Positions 1 through 9,839 are shown, counted from the stretch's first letter. The stretch is DNA of 64,000 nt from Candidatus Woesearchaeota archaeon (GCA_964411565.1 CAYPLB010000005.1:24536-88535); one strand, 5' to 3'. The notes: generated by a model from the sequence alone, not told the origin. A program made the numbers and translations.

Positions 1-885
1 ATCCTAAAGAAAAATACTTCTAAAGAGTTGCTAAAGAAAGATGAAGAAGGTAATTATTCTAATTTGGTAGCAGATAAATTAAATGACACACAATTAAAGA
101 TGCTAAAAGAATCTATCCATGGAACAGATTTTGATCCAGTAATGACGAGGGTTTCTTTAATGAATCTAATGATGCATGGGATTGATAACCCAGACATTGA
201 CCAAGTTAATTCTTTAACAAAATTATATGAACAAAGACCTATGTTCGATATAGTTCTAGCTAATCCACCTTTTAAAGGTAGTATAAATCAATCTGAGTTA
301 AACGACGACTTGACAATAAAGACAAAAAAAACAGAGTTGCTATACTTAGAGTTCATATACAATGTATTGAATGGTAATGGAAGATGTGCTGTAATTATTC
401 CTGATGGTGTATTATTCGGGAATTCAAAAGCTCATAGAGAAATTAGAAAGATTCTATTAGAAAAATGTAGAATTGATGCAATCATTTCAATGCCTTCAGG
501 TGTCTTTAAACCATATGCTGGTGTTTCTACAGGAATCATTATTTTTACGAAAGGAGAACCCACTAAAGAAGTTTGGTTCTATAACATGACTGAAGATGGA
601 TATACATTAGATGATAAAAGAAACAAAATAGATGGAAAAGGAGATATCCCTGACATCATAAAATCATTTAAAAATAGAAATAAAAGTAAACAAAATGATA
701 GAAAGAATAAACACTTTTTTATTCCAATCAAAGAAATCAAAGAAAGCAACTACGACTTAAGTATAAACAAGTATAAAGAGATAGTTTATGAAGAAGTAGA
801 ATATAAGCCAGCGAAAGAGATTAAAGCTAAAATAATTCGGCTTGAAGAAAATATTCTAAAAAGAATCAAAGAACTTGAATTTTAA
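1..885 (+). CDS. hsdM: Type I restriction-modification N6-adenine DNA methyltransferase subunit (HsdM), 5'-truncated by window edge
   Basis: The NPPF motif (VLANPPFKGS) of N6-adenine MTases and a C-terminal region typical of HsdM are present; the ORF runs from the window start. Confidence 0.75.
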   Translation: MLKKNTSKELLKKDEEGNYSNLVADKLNDTQLKMLKESIHGTDFDPVMTRVSLMNLMMHGIDNPDIDQVNSLTKLYEQRPMFDIVLANPPFKGSINQSELNDDLTIKTKKTELLYLEFIYNVLNGNGRCAVIIPDGVLFGNSKAHREIRKILLEKCRIDAIISMPSGVFKPYAGVSTGIIIFTKGEPTKEVWFYNMTEDGYTLDDKRNKIDGKGDIPDIIKSFKNRNKSKQNDRKNKHFFIPIKEIKESNYDLSINKYKEIVYEEVEYKPAKEIKAKIIRLEENILKRIKELEF

Positions 886-886
886 A

Positions 887-1306
887 TCACATTATTTTTT
901 TCTCTTTTTCAGTATAATAGAAATCTTTTCCTAAAACAACATGGTCCAAAACTTTTATATTTAATAACTCCCCACATTTGCTTAGAACCTTAATAGTTTG
1001 AATGTCCTCTTTACTAGGAGTAGGGTCACCGGAAGGATGATTGTGAGCGAGGATTATAGAATTTGTACTATTCATAATTGCTGTACGAAAAATTTCTCTC
1101 GGATGAATCACAGTTGAATTGAGAGTTCCTATATGTGCTATCTCTACTAGAGAGACTTTACCTTTAGTATCAAGATGGATTACAAAAAAATATTCCCTAT
1201 CAAGGCCAGAGGTTTTCTTACCCAGAAATTTAAAAACATCTTCAGAAGACTCAATATATACCTCTTCCTCTTCTCTAATAAATCTTATTTGAGACAAATC
1301 TTGCAT
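887..1306 (-). CDS. radC: RadC-like JAB/MPN domain protein
   Basis: The JAMM-like motif HNHPSGDPTPSKEDIQTIKVL is characteristic of the RadC/UPF0758 family. Confidence 0.75.
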   Translation of the reverse strand: MQDLSQIRFIREEEEVYIESSEDVFKFLGKKTSGLDREYFFVIHLDTKGKVSLVEIAHIGTLNSTVIHPREIFRTAIMNSTNSIILAHNHPSGDPTPSKEDIQTIKVLSKCGELLNIKVLDHVVLGKDFYYTEKEKKIM

Positions 1307-1616
1307 ATCTTAAGATTAGACAAATTAGTTTTAAAAAGCTTCACCAAAAAAATCGGGAAGATTTTCAGAAACACAAATCTATTTAAACTACCTCACCTTA
1401 TAACTCTATGTAAGATCTTGACCTGTTTAGGTTAAGGATTTCTAGCTCAGAAGGTCTCTCCGGCGGGGGCAGTCATTCTAACTTAGGTTCAAATTACTTT
1501 AAAATTTGAGCATCTGATTCAGGTTCAAAAAAGTAGGTTTGAATAATTCCCCTTACAAATTAAAAAATAGAGTGTAGGGGGAAACATTTAAATACTATTA
1601 ATACCTAAAGATTTCT

Positions 1617-2627
1617 ATGGTCTATATCCATGTTAAAAAAATTGGAAATAAGGAGTATTATACACTAAGGATGTCTGTTAGAAAGGACAATAAAGTAATA
1701 ACTAAAGATCTATGTAACCTTGGTTCTGACATCTCAAAGATAAGTATTGAAAGTTTAGAAAAGGAATACAAGAATGAAATAAGAAAATCTTACAAAACAA
1801 TAAAGAGGTTTTTAGAAAAGAATGTATATTTAGAAAAAGTAAAGAAATTAAAACCCAAGTCCTCCAAATATTTCAATAAAGAACAATTATTAAGCATATC
1901 AGCAATTAAATTACATTACAGTAAAAAGTTTTTAAAATTAGATAAATTAACAAAAAGAGACTTTTATGAAGGTTTTCTAATAAATTTTGCAGTTAATTCT
2001 ACATCAATAGAAGGGAACACAATTCCTTTGAAAGAAGCAAATAAGCTACTAACTGAAAATATTTTACCTAAAAATAGAACTATGAATGAAGTGTATGATT
2101 TATTAAATACAAAAACGGCCTTTAACTTTCTCCTAGAAAAAAAACCAAAACTGACTCTGGAATTAATAGAAGAAATTCATGGTATCTTACTTGATAAAAT
2201 TGATAGTAGAAAAGGCTTTAGAAACCATGATATTAGAATTTTTGGACAACCTTTTAAACCTAGTCCAGCAAGATATGTTAAAGCTGATTTAAAATTATTA
2301 TTAACTTGGTATGAAAAAAATGAAAAAAAGATTCACCCATTAGCATTAGCTACCTTTTTTCACCATAAGTTTGAGAAAATACACCCTTTTTCTGATGGCA
2401 ATGGTAGGACTGGAAGAATGTTAATGTGCTATATTCTTTTTTCATTAGAATATCCACCAATAGTTATCTCTAGAAGATTTAGAAAAAAATATTTAGATTC
2501 TATGAATAAAGCTGATAAGGCATTGGAAAAAAGTTTAACAAGTTTAGAAATAGATAATTATAAAAATTTGCTTAATTTTATTTATTTAGAATATAAGAAT
2601 TCTTATTGGGATCATTTTCTAGTCTGA
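1617..2627 (+). CDS. Fic family protein (paralog 1)
   Basis: Fic motif HPFSDGNGRTGR; N-terminus MVYIHVKK... is paralogous to the Fic gene at 4001. Confidence 0.8.
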   Translation: MVYIHVKKIGNKEYYTLRMSVRKDNKVITKDLCNLGSDISKISIESLEKEYKNEIRKSYKTIKRFLEKNVYLEKVKKLKPKSSKYFNKEQLLSISAIKLHYSKKFLKLDKLTKRDFYEGFLINFAVNSTSIEGNTIPLKEANKLLTENILPKNRTMNEVYDLLNTKTAFNFLLEKKPKLTLELIEEIHGILLDKIDSRKGFRNHDIRIFGQPFKPSPARYVKADLKLLLTWYEKNEKKIHPLALATFFHHKFEKIHPFSDGNGRTGRMLMCYILFSLEYPPIVISRRFRKKYLDSMNKADKALEKSLTSLEIDNYKNLLNFIYLEYKNSYWDHFLV

Positions 2628-2727
2628 GCAGAATAACTTAAATACCAATAAGACATATTATATTTAGCTTAATGGCATTACTCATATCTAAGTTTGAGCA
2701 ATGCATATGCAATGCATTCGGAGAGCC
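2606..2727. repeat. Intergenic repeat module R1, copy A (~121 bp; includes the last ~20 bp of the Fic CDS)
   Basis: Near-identical to 4988-5108 (2-3 mismatches); contains palindromes TGCATATGCA and AATGCATT. Confidence 0.8.
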
Positions 2728-2793
2728 TCAACAGAGACCTGCTACCTGGCGGGGGCATTATACTTCTTCTTTAGGTGACCACAAAATCTTAAA

Positions 2794-2839
2794 ATGTAGT
2801 CACCTCTAACCAAAAAGTTTAAATATGTAGTCACCTCTA
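2794..2839. promoter_or_regulatory. Two direct repeats ATGTAGTCACCTCTA (31 bp apart) plus inverted AGGTGAC/GTCACCT, just upstream of the Fic paralog 2 start
   Basis: Perfect 15-bp direct repeat at 2794-2808 and 2825-2839, ending 9 bp before the ATG at 2848. Confidence 0.3.
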
Positions 2840-2847
2840 TTATAACT

Positions 2848-3783
2848 ATGCATATTGAAAAAAGAAAAGAAAAAAATAAAATCAAATACTATTTATCTCA
2901 TTCTTATAGAGAAGGAAAAAAGGTTCATAAATTTAGGAAATATTTGGGTTTAGATTTAAAACAATCAAAACTAAAAGAAAGAAAAGAAATTGCTGAAAAA
3001 CTAATTCTAGAAGAAATTCATAAATATAACATCATAAAAGATCCTTTAGAGTTCGAACTTTCAGAAGAACAGATAAAAGAAATAGAAAAAATAGAAGCAA
3101 AAATACCTTTAAAAGTTAAACACCTTTCAAAAAAAGATTGGGAACTATTCTCTGAAATATTTACTTACAACACAAATGCTATTGAAGGTAGTCAATTGAA
3201 TCTTAAAGAAGTTAAAAATATTCTTGAAGAAGACAAATGGCCTGATAAATCTAAAGAAGACATTGCTGAAACTTATGGTGTCGAAGAGGCCTTAACTTAT
3301 ATTAGGGGAACTAAAGAACATATAAACCTAGATTTAATTAAGAAGATTCATAAAATTGTTTTTAAAAATTCAAAGAGTTTTGCTGGAAAACTAAGAAAAA
3401 AAGGGGAAGATGTTGTAGTTAAAGATAGTAAAGGAAATATTGTTCATGAGGGTGCACCTCAAGAAAGAATCAATCACTTATTAAAAGAATTAATTAATTG
3501 GTATAACAAAAATAAGAATAGATATCCTGCATTAGTTCTTGGAGCTGTTGTTCATAACCAATTTGAGAATATTCATCCATTTGGAGATGGGAATGGGAGA
3601 GTTGGAAGAATCTTATTAAATAATATTTTTTTAAAACAAGGATTACCACCAATTAATATTGATTTCAAAAATAAAGCTGAATATTATAGTTCTTTAAAGG
3701 CTTATGAAAATAAAGATCTGAAGCCTACTATTAAGCTTTTTATTAAGGAGTATAGTATTCTTAAGAAAAAATTGAAGAAGTAG
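2848..3783 (+). CDS. Fic family protein (paralog 2)
   Basis: Fic motif HPFGDGNGRVGR. Confidence 0.8.
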   Translation: MHIEKRKEKNKIKYYLSHSYREGKKVHKFRKYLGLDLKQSKLKERKEIAEKLILEEIHKYNIIKDPLEFELSEEQIKEIEKIEAKIPLKVKHLSKKDWELFSEIFTYNTNAIEGSQLNLKEVKNILEEDKWPDKSKEDIAETYGVEEALTYIRGTKEHINLDLIKKIHKIVFKNSKSFAGKLRKKGEDVVVKDSKGNIVHEGAPQERINHLLKELINWYNKNKNRYPALVLGAVVHNQFENIHPFGDGNGRVGRILLNNIFLKQGLPPINIDFKNKAEYYSSLKAYENKDLKPTIKLFIKEYSILKKKLKK

Positions 3784-3852
3784 AAAAGTACTTAAAGCTC
3801 GTCGACAACTACTATTTAAAGTTAGGGAATACCTAGATTTTCGGAGACTGTT
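3783..3852. repeat. Intergenic repeat module R2, copy A (~70 bp)
   Basis: Matches 5774-5843 with one mismatch. Confidence 0.8.
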
Positions 3853-3885
3853 CGTTGAAGGCTCACGACCGGCGGGGGCATTCTT

Positions 3886-3968
3886 ACCCTTTAATTATTG
3901 AGTTTATCTATTACAGGGTAAACTATTCTATTACCCTTCCTGAAAAGTTTTCAAAAAATAAAGGGTAA
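3886..3968. promoter_or_regulatory. Four alternating-orientation copies of the heptamer AGGGTAA/TTACCCT upstream of Fic paralog 3
   Basis: TTACCCT, AGGGTAA, TTACCCT, AGGGTAA lie within ~80 bp, ending ~35 bp before the ATG at 4001. Confidence 0.3.
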
Positions 3969-4000
3969 AATTTATAAATAGCAACTTCTTCTAAATATAT

Positions 4001-5008
4001 ATGGTATATATCTACAAAAAAGTCATCTCAGGCAAAGCCTACTACTACCTGAGAATGTCCCAAAAAACAAAAAGAAGAACTGTAACAAAAGATATTGCCT
4101 ATTTAGGAAATGATCCTTCAAAAATTGAAAAAAAATTAGATTCCCTACCTAAAATATATCAAAAAGATATTAGAAAATCTCATAGAAATATAAAAAAATT
4201 TATCACCTCAGAATATTTGGTTAAAAAAGTAAAAAAACAAAAGTTAAAAGAGATTAAACTTCTAAAAAAAGAATTACACGAAGAAGTTGAAGCAATTAGA
4301 TTACACTATAAAGATCATTTTCTTAAAGAAGATGAATTAAGTAAGGAAGAAATATACAAACACTTCTTAATCGATTTTGCTTACAATACAACTTCACTTG
4401 AAGGAAATACTATCACATTAAAAGAAACTGAAAAATTATTACAAGAAGAACTCACACCAAAGAATAGAACTTTGAGAGAAATATATGACTTACAAAATAC
4501 AGAGGCAGTTTTCTTTGAATTATTAAGTAAGAAAGAACCCATAAATGATAAATTAATAATTTGGATGCATGACGAATTAGTAAAAAATATCGATAAAAGA
4601 ATAGGATATAGGTTAGGAGATATAAGAGTTTTTAGATCGAGATTTAATGCTTCACCAGGGAAATATGTTAAGGTTGATATGAAAATACTGTTAGATTGGT
4701 ACAAGAAAAATAAGAAAAAATTACATCCAATTGTTTTAGCTAGTGTGTTTCATCAAAAGTTCGAAAAAATTCATCCTTTTTATGATGGCAATGGAAGAAC
4801 TGGAAGAATATTAATGAATTATATGTTAATGTTAGAAGGATATCCACCTCTTGCAATAAGTAAAAAAAACAGAACTGAATATTTAGATTGTTTAGCTGAA
4901 GCGAATGATGTTAATATTGATGATATAGATGAAAGAAAGTATAAAAAATTAGTTGAGTTTGTTTCTAAAGAAATGATAAGTAAATATTGGAATCATTTTC
5001 TAGTCTGA
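4001..5008 (+). CDS. Fic family protein (paralog 3)
   Basis: Fic motif HPFYDGNGRTGR; N-terminus and C-terminus (WNHFLV) match paralog 1. Confidence 0.8.
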   Translation: MVYIYKKVISGKAYYYLRMSQKTKRRTVTKDIAYLGNDPSKIEKKLDSLPKIYQKDIRKSHRNIKKFITSEYLVKKVKKQKLKEIKLLKKELHEEVEAIRLHYKDHFLKEDELSKEEIYKHFLIDFAYNTTSLEGNTITLKETEKLLQEELTPKNRTLREIYDLQNTEAVFFELLSKKEPINDKLIIWMHDELVKNIDKRIGYRLGDIRVFRSRFNASPGKYVKVDMKILLDWYKKNKKKLHPIVLASVFHQKFEKIHPFYDGNGRTGRILMNYMLMLEGYPPLAISKKNRTEYLDCLAEANDVNIDDIDERKYKKLVEFVSKEMISKYWNHFLV

Positions 5009-5108
5009 GCAGAATAACTTAAATACCAATAAGACATATTATATTTAGCTTAATGGCATTACTCATATCTAAATTTGAGCAATGCATATGCAATGCTTTC
5101 GGAGAGCC
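4988..5108. repeat. Intergenic repeat module R1, copy B
   Basis: Near-identical to 2606-2727. Confidence 0.8.
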
Positions 5109-5345
5109 TTTACCGACCAGCGGGGGCGTCCTTATTCTGATACGACTCTCCACCCATATTTTAGGTCAAAAAAAGAGGGGCATCATGTCTCCGATACGAC
5201 TCTCCATTTTAGAATTCTACAAAAAATAAGATAGAAAGGCTTAAAAATAACCTTGTTAAACTTTGAAGTAAATAAGAATTTATAAAGAAAAAAATTCTTT
5301 TAGTTTTATGAGGATTTCAATAGAAGAAAAGGAGAGTAATTTTAT

Positions 5346-5714
5346 ATGTGGATAGAAGAACAAGAACATGGGCAGACCCATTATGTAAAGGAAGTAGATA
5401 TTAATGGGATGGTAGAATTAAGAGTTGTAAGTCCAGATGGAAGAAGAGTAAGAACAATAGAGTTTACCTTGGAAGAAGATGTAAGAAGTACGAAAAAACC
5501 TTATGACTTACAGTACTTTTTTGATGATAGAGGGATGCCAAGTTCTTTTAATCATTGTGGTGCTGCAGTATTTGGTACAAACTGGCCACCAAGTAATCTA
5601 TTAAAGAGAGACACTGAAGGAAATTTAAGAAGGGAATATGTTTTGTTAGGCTCAGAATATCCTTCTATAAAAGTTTCTTTAGATCGTTGTGTTGAAATAA
5701 TGGAAAGATTTTAG
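5346..5714 (+). CDS. Hypothetical protein (GC content higher than surroundings)
   Basis: 122-aa ORF with no recognisable motif; composition differs from neighbouring genes. Confidence 0.5.
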   Translation: MWIEEQEHGQTHYVKEVDINGMVELRVVSPDGRRVRTIEFTLEEDVRSTKKPYDLQYFFDDRGMPSSFNHCGAAVFGTNWPPSNLLKRDTEGNLRREYVLLGSEYPSIKVSLDRCVEIMERF

Positions 5715-5773
5715 TTGTTTTTATTATTCTTTTTAGAAAAATAATCAAAAATTTTTTTTTATTCTAAAAAACA

Positions 5774-5843
5774 GAAAAGTACTTAAAGTTCGTCGACAAC
5801 TACTATTTAAAGTTAGGGAATACCTAGATTTTCGGAGACTGTT
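5774..5843. repeat. Intergenic repeat module R2, copy B
   Basis: Matches 3783-3852. Confidence 0.8.
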
Positions 5844-5845
5844 AG

Positions 5846-6061
5846 TTAAAAATATTTTCCAAAAAAAGGCAGTTTTCTTAGATAACTCTCATCAACTTTA
5901 GACTCTTTTTTAGATGGAAAAGCTTCTGATCTTAAAACCACTTGACCACTTGGAGTTAAATAATAAGTTCTAGCAAAATTTCTTGCTGATTCTTGAGTTT
6001 TTGTCCACATTGTATCTAAGTCCTTTTGTGTTATTTCTAGAAATTTATCTTCAATACTCAT
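5846..6061 (-). CDS. Hypothetical small protein
   Basis: 71-aa ORF with plausible coding composition; no recognised motif. Confidence 0.4.
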   Translation of the reverse strand: MSIEDKFLEITQKDLDTMWTKTQESARNFARTYYLTPSGQVVLRSEAFPSKKESKVDESYLRKLPFFGKYF

Positions 6062-6168
6062 AAATTAATAGAAGATTTATAATCTTTAAATATTTTTCTC
6101 TACTATTGAAAGTATTCTATTGACCAGAAAACTTAAATAATAAGCCAAAATTCTTTCAAATATAGAAA

Positions 6169-6846
6169 ATGACAAAAAACTTACCAGAACAGATAACTGA
6201 AATGTTTTCAAATATAGAAGGAAAAGTTACAAAAAATATTTCTTTAGATGAGTTAGAAAGAAGACTTCGACCTCAAAATCCAGTAGCAGGAGGAGAAACT
6301 TGGTCAGATTATTCTTCTGAAGGATTTCTTGCTCCAAATCAAAGACTTTTAGATGTTTTGGAATCAGACTATTTGGCTTTACAAACATTGGAAAGGACTT
6401 ATCCAGAAATGGCAGAATTAGCAGCAATAGTTTTAAAAGAAAAAACTAGATTTGGTCCAGCACAATTGAATCTTTTACAAAGATTTCTTAGATTTTTTGA
6501 GGATGTAAGTGAAAGAAAAAGGATTGATGATAAAGAATATTCTATATTGAATATTGGTTCAGGAGGGTTTCAAACTTGTCCTTGGGGATGTGAAGGTAAG
6601 GATAATTATGAGTATAAAACAACTGGGTGTGGAACTACTTATGTTATGCTTGAACAAGGTGAATTGCCAGATGATGAAGATTTTAGAATAGAAGACCTTA
6701 CAAGAACTCTTGCAGAATCATCATTCTTGGTTGTAACAGATTTAACACCACATTTAATTGCATCACATTACTTTTTTGAAGGTGAAACTCCTTACAGAAC
6801 AGATCCAGAAAGATTAGTTAGAGTGTTTGATGTTAAAGGAAGATAA
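6169..6846 (+). CDS. Hypothetical protein with a Cys-rich segment (CPWGCEGKD...TGCGTTY)
   Basis: 225-aa ORF with higher GC; no recognised family. Confidence 0.55.
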   Translation: MTKNLPEQITEMFSNIEGKVTKNISLDELERRLRPQNPVAGGETWSDYSSEGFLAPNQRLLDVLESDYLALQTLERTYPEMAELAAIVLKEKTRFGPAQLNLLQRFLRFFEDVSERKRIDDKEYSILNIGSGGFQTCPWGCEGKDNYEYKTTGCGTTYVMLEQGELPDDEDFRIEDLTRTLAESSFLVVTDLTPHLIASHYFFEGETPYRTDPERLVRVFDVKGR

Positions 6847-6941
6847 GTTGCCTGATTGGATTGAAATTCTGCAGAAGACTATGGAAGAGGAAGAAATTGT
6901 TGTTTTTGAGGACAAATTGTAGTTTTTTCTCAATTTTTTGT

Positions 6942-7393
6942 TTAATTAAAATACTTACTTGGAACAACTATAGCCGACTCTCCATTTGAAAATGTTCTTG
7001 CAGTCCTGAACTCTGAAAAGTTTGTATGGAAGTAATCTGAAAGCATATTCATTGGACAAAATTCAACTAGACTAATATAAGATTTTTTCATCTGTCTATA
7101 GTTCCCATGTACTAAAAAATGTATTGTTAAGTGAGGTGAGCAATAAACACCAACATTACCAAATCTTAAATCTAAAGGTGGAGAATTCCTAATTTTTGAG
7201 AAGGAAAACATTTTAAAAGGAAACTATCCACATAATCTCCATCTTCCCAATCATATTTCATATGACAAGACATATAAAGATCACTTTGAGTTTCTACAAA
7301 TTCTGGAGTAAAAACATGTTTTTGACAAACATTTTCTGAAGCACAACTTTCAACAAAACTTAATCCTTAAGCTAAAATAATATTTTTTTTCAT
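6942..7393 (-). pseudogene. Decayed gene for a putative secreted protein (in-frame stop plus frameshift)
   Basis: The minus strand reads MKKNIILA, then TAA, then continues in two other frames (GLSFVESCASENVCQKH... then MFSFSKIRNSPP...). Coding-like composition runs through a ~450-bp region that has no long ORF. Confidence 0.35.
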
Positions 7394-7489
7394 AAAACCT
7401 AAAATCTTTATGAATTATATAAACTTTGTTATATTTTATTGATATCAATACAATAATCCTTAAATATTAACTAATTTTACTTTCTTTTT

Positions 7490-8236
7490 ATGAGATCAGA
7501 AATTTTAACATTAATTTTAGCTTCTTGTGTTGATGGAGAATTTGACACAAAAGTAAATCAAGAATCAGAAGCACCAATAGAAAAAAAATGTAGAGACCAT
7601 TACCGACCTGAGGATAAAGAAAGAGTTTTTTGGACTAATCGTTGCAGAGAAGATGGAATTTATCGCTTAGAAAGTTGGGGTCATACTATTCAAGAAGGAA
7701 TGGCTCTTGCTCGAACAAAAAACATTGATGGAAAATTAATATTTGCAGATTGTTATGGACATCATTTAGGAGATGAAGTGCATGATTTTTATGAAGCAGG
7801 AGGAACAAACGAATTTTTATCAAGTTTAGTTAAAATTGAAAAAGCTGAAGGAGGAGCATTCTTTGTCCCTTTATGTCATCTAGGTTTTTTAGGAGAATAT
7901 CAAGCAGCAGGTGGGACTATTGAAGAGATGAAAGCTTATGCTACTTTGACAGACACAAAAGGAAATTCTATTTTCTCAGGTCATAAAGCAGTTCGTTTTG
8001 AATTAGTAGGAGGTTCATTAGAAAAAGCACAAGAATTATCTAATTTAAGAAATTCTGAAGGAGATCCTGCATTCCAGATGGATTTATTATTTCCTGTACA
8101 TTATAGTGGTACACGAATTGGTAGTGAGATCTTTGAGTATCAGAAAAAAGGCGGGACTGTTGATTGTGCTAAGGAAGCAGTAACTGGTGATAGAATTTAT
8201 CTATCACAAGTTAATAATGCTTGTATAAAAAAATAA
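7490..8236 (+). CDS. Putative lipoprotein/secreted hypothetical protein
   Basis: N-terminal MRSEILTLILASC is lipobox-like; higher GC. Confidence 0.6.
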   Translation: MRSEILTLILASCVDGEFDTKVNQESEAPIEKKCRDHYRPEDKERVFWTNRCREDGIYRLESWGHTIQEGMALARTKNIDGKLIFADCYGHHLGDEVHDFYEAGGTNEFLSSLVKIEKAEGGAFFVPLCHLGFLGEYQAAGGTIEEMKAYATLTDTKGNSIFSGHKAVRFELVGGSLEKAQELSNLRNSEGDPAFQMDLLFPVHYSGTRIGSEIFEYQKKGGTVDCAKEAVTGDRIYLSQVNNACIKK

Positions 8237-8288
8237 TTTCTTTTGAAATATAGAAATTTATTTATAGTAGAGGATAAATATTTGAATT

Positions 8289-8861
8289 ATGAAATCTATA
8301 AATACACTAACTTTAGTCACATTATTGGGTTGTGGTTCAAATAGGTCTATTCCAGAACCAAAAAAGGGAAGCTTTAGAGAATATGGAATTTTTAAAACCA
8401 GTGACTCTCCTGTAACTGATCCTCTTTCATTAGCAGATTTTTTATTCACTAGTCCAAGTCAAAGAATTTGTGGTTGTCCTTATGGAGATTTTACACCTGA
8501 TAATGTAATTCCTAATGAATATTATGATATAGGACAAGTTCCTTTTGAAGTACTAATAGATGATTCTGATTATGTTGCAAATGGTGTTGGACAGAATATG
8601 TATCATGCATTTTCTGGAGAACCAACTGAAGATGGAAGAAAATCTTTTTTTAGAGTTGGAATAGTTTTCACAGGAGCTGAGTTTAGTGAAGATTTTAATG
8701 TACTAAGAGAAAATTGGCCTAATAAAGAATTTGAATTGAATAGACATAAAATGAAAGGCTGGAAATTTAACCAGAGCCAGGTTTATGAAATTGATTTAAA
8801 AAATGGTGAAGCACCAATAGATGTTTATGTTTGGAACTGTTGTCATCCAAATCAATTATAA
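8289..8861 (+). CDS. Putative lipoprotein, hypothetical
   Basis: N-terminal MKSINTLTLVTLLGCGSN carries a lipobox. Confidence 0.6.
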   Translation: MKSINTLTLVTLLGCGSNRSIPEPKKGSFREYGIFKTSDSPVTDPLSLADFLFTSPSQRICGCPYGDFTPDNVIPNEYYDIGQVPFEVLIDDSDYVANGVGQNMYHAFSGEPTEDGRKSFFRVGIVFTGAEFSEDFNVLRENWPNKEFELNRHKMKGWKFNQSQVYEIDLKNGEAPIDVYVWNCCHPNQL

Positions 8862-8883
8862 TTTCATGAAATTTTATAGAAGA

Positions 8884-9291
8884 CTAAAGTTTAGTTTCTA
8901 AATCTGTAGTTTTCCCTGACCGAAATCTTTCATAACCCTCACTCATTGTATTTGTAATTACTGGAATAGTTAAGACCAAAGGATTGTCAACAACAAAATC
9001 AAGAATTTGGGAATTAAAAACTAGTAAGCTAGCTCCTGTAAACAAGGAACCAATTCCCATAACAGGAGATTTTGTCCAATAGTTTGCAAAACTATCTAAT
9101 CCTAAATAATTTCTTCCTTCTTCTTGTGCTTTAGCATACTCTTCCTTTGTTCCTCTTACAAAAGTAGGAACAACTAAACAAGCAACAGGCAAGGCTAGTG
9201 CCCCTTCAAAAAAATCCTTAACAACTCCACCAGTTCCTCTAATAGTACCATACAAAGAACTAGAATTTAAATTATAATTTTGATTTTCCAT
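8884..9291 (-). CDS. Hypothetical protein
   Basis: 135-aa ORF with a hydrophobic segment. Confidence 0.45.
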   Translation of the reverse strand: MENQNYNLNSSSLYGTIRGTGGVVKDFFEGALALPVACLVVPTFVRGTKEEYAKAQEEGRNYLGLDSFANYWTKSPVMGIGSLFTGASLLVFNSQILDFVVDNPLVLTIPVITNTMSEGYERFRSGKTTDLETKL

Positions 9292-9422
9292 ATTATTTCA
9301 AGAAAAATTTATTAATAGACCTTTATAAAAATTTCCATTTACAGAACCTCTGTGTTCCTTAAATCTCATTTAAATTCAATTAACAATATATATAAACATC
9401 AAATAAAAAACTTTTTTATAAA

Positions 9423-9839
9423 ATGGTTTCAGCAAACTTATACATAGGAAATAATTTATCCCTTGAAAATTTTAATAAATATCTTCAAAGAGAATTTACA
9501 GAAAAGGGTATAACTGTAACAGATAAACTTTATTTAAGAAGAACTTCTGAATATCATTCTCTTCTTGTTTCAATTATTTGTGAAGAAAATTTAGGAGAAA
9601 CAGTTGATAGAGCTTTATCAAATGCTTCAAATAAATTAAAAGAAAAATCTTGGAGAAGAAACATACGTAAACAAATTTATGATGGCAGTAGTAATTTTAT
9701 AATAATTGGTGAATATCAAAATGACACTAGAGCTTCAGAATTATTCCTTACTATTGCAAAAAATGAACTTGAAAGAAGTATCAAACTTCAACTTCATGAT
9801 CAACAAGATATTGAAAGAAGAACAAGATCTTTGAGATAA
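9423..9839 (+). CDS. Hypothetical protein
   Basis: 138-aa ORF; no recognised motif. Confidence 0.45.
   Translation: MVSANLYIGNNLSLENFNKYLQREFTEKGITVTDKLYLRRTSEYHSLLVSIICEENLGETVDRALSNASNKLKEKSWRRNIRKQIYDGSSNFIIIGEYQNDTRASELFLTIAKNELERSIKLQLHDQQDIERRTRSLR

Noticed and set aside
1175-1435. 86-aa ORF overlapping the RadC start
   Set aside because: It overlaps the well-supported RadC gene on the opposite strand, is low-complexity, and has no motif.
1455-1480. The GC-rich CCGGCGGGGGCA motif copies as tRNA 3'-fragment attachment sites of an integrated element
   Set aside because: No adjacent integrase, and no tRNA-like T-arm or acceptor structure immediately at the motif. Kept only as a repeat observation within the Fic-array finding.
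4381-4704. 107-aa antisense ORF inside Fic paralog 3
   Set aside because: Fully nested antisense to a gene with a clear Fic motif; typical AT-rich spurious ORF.
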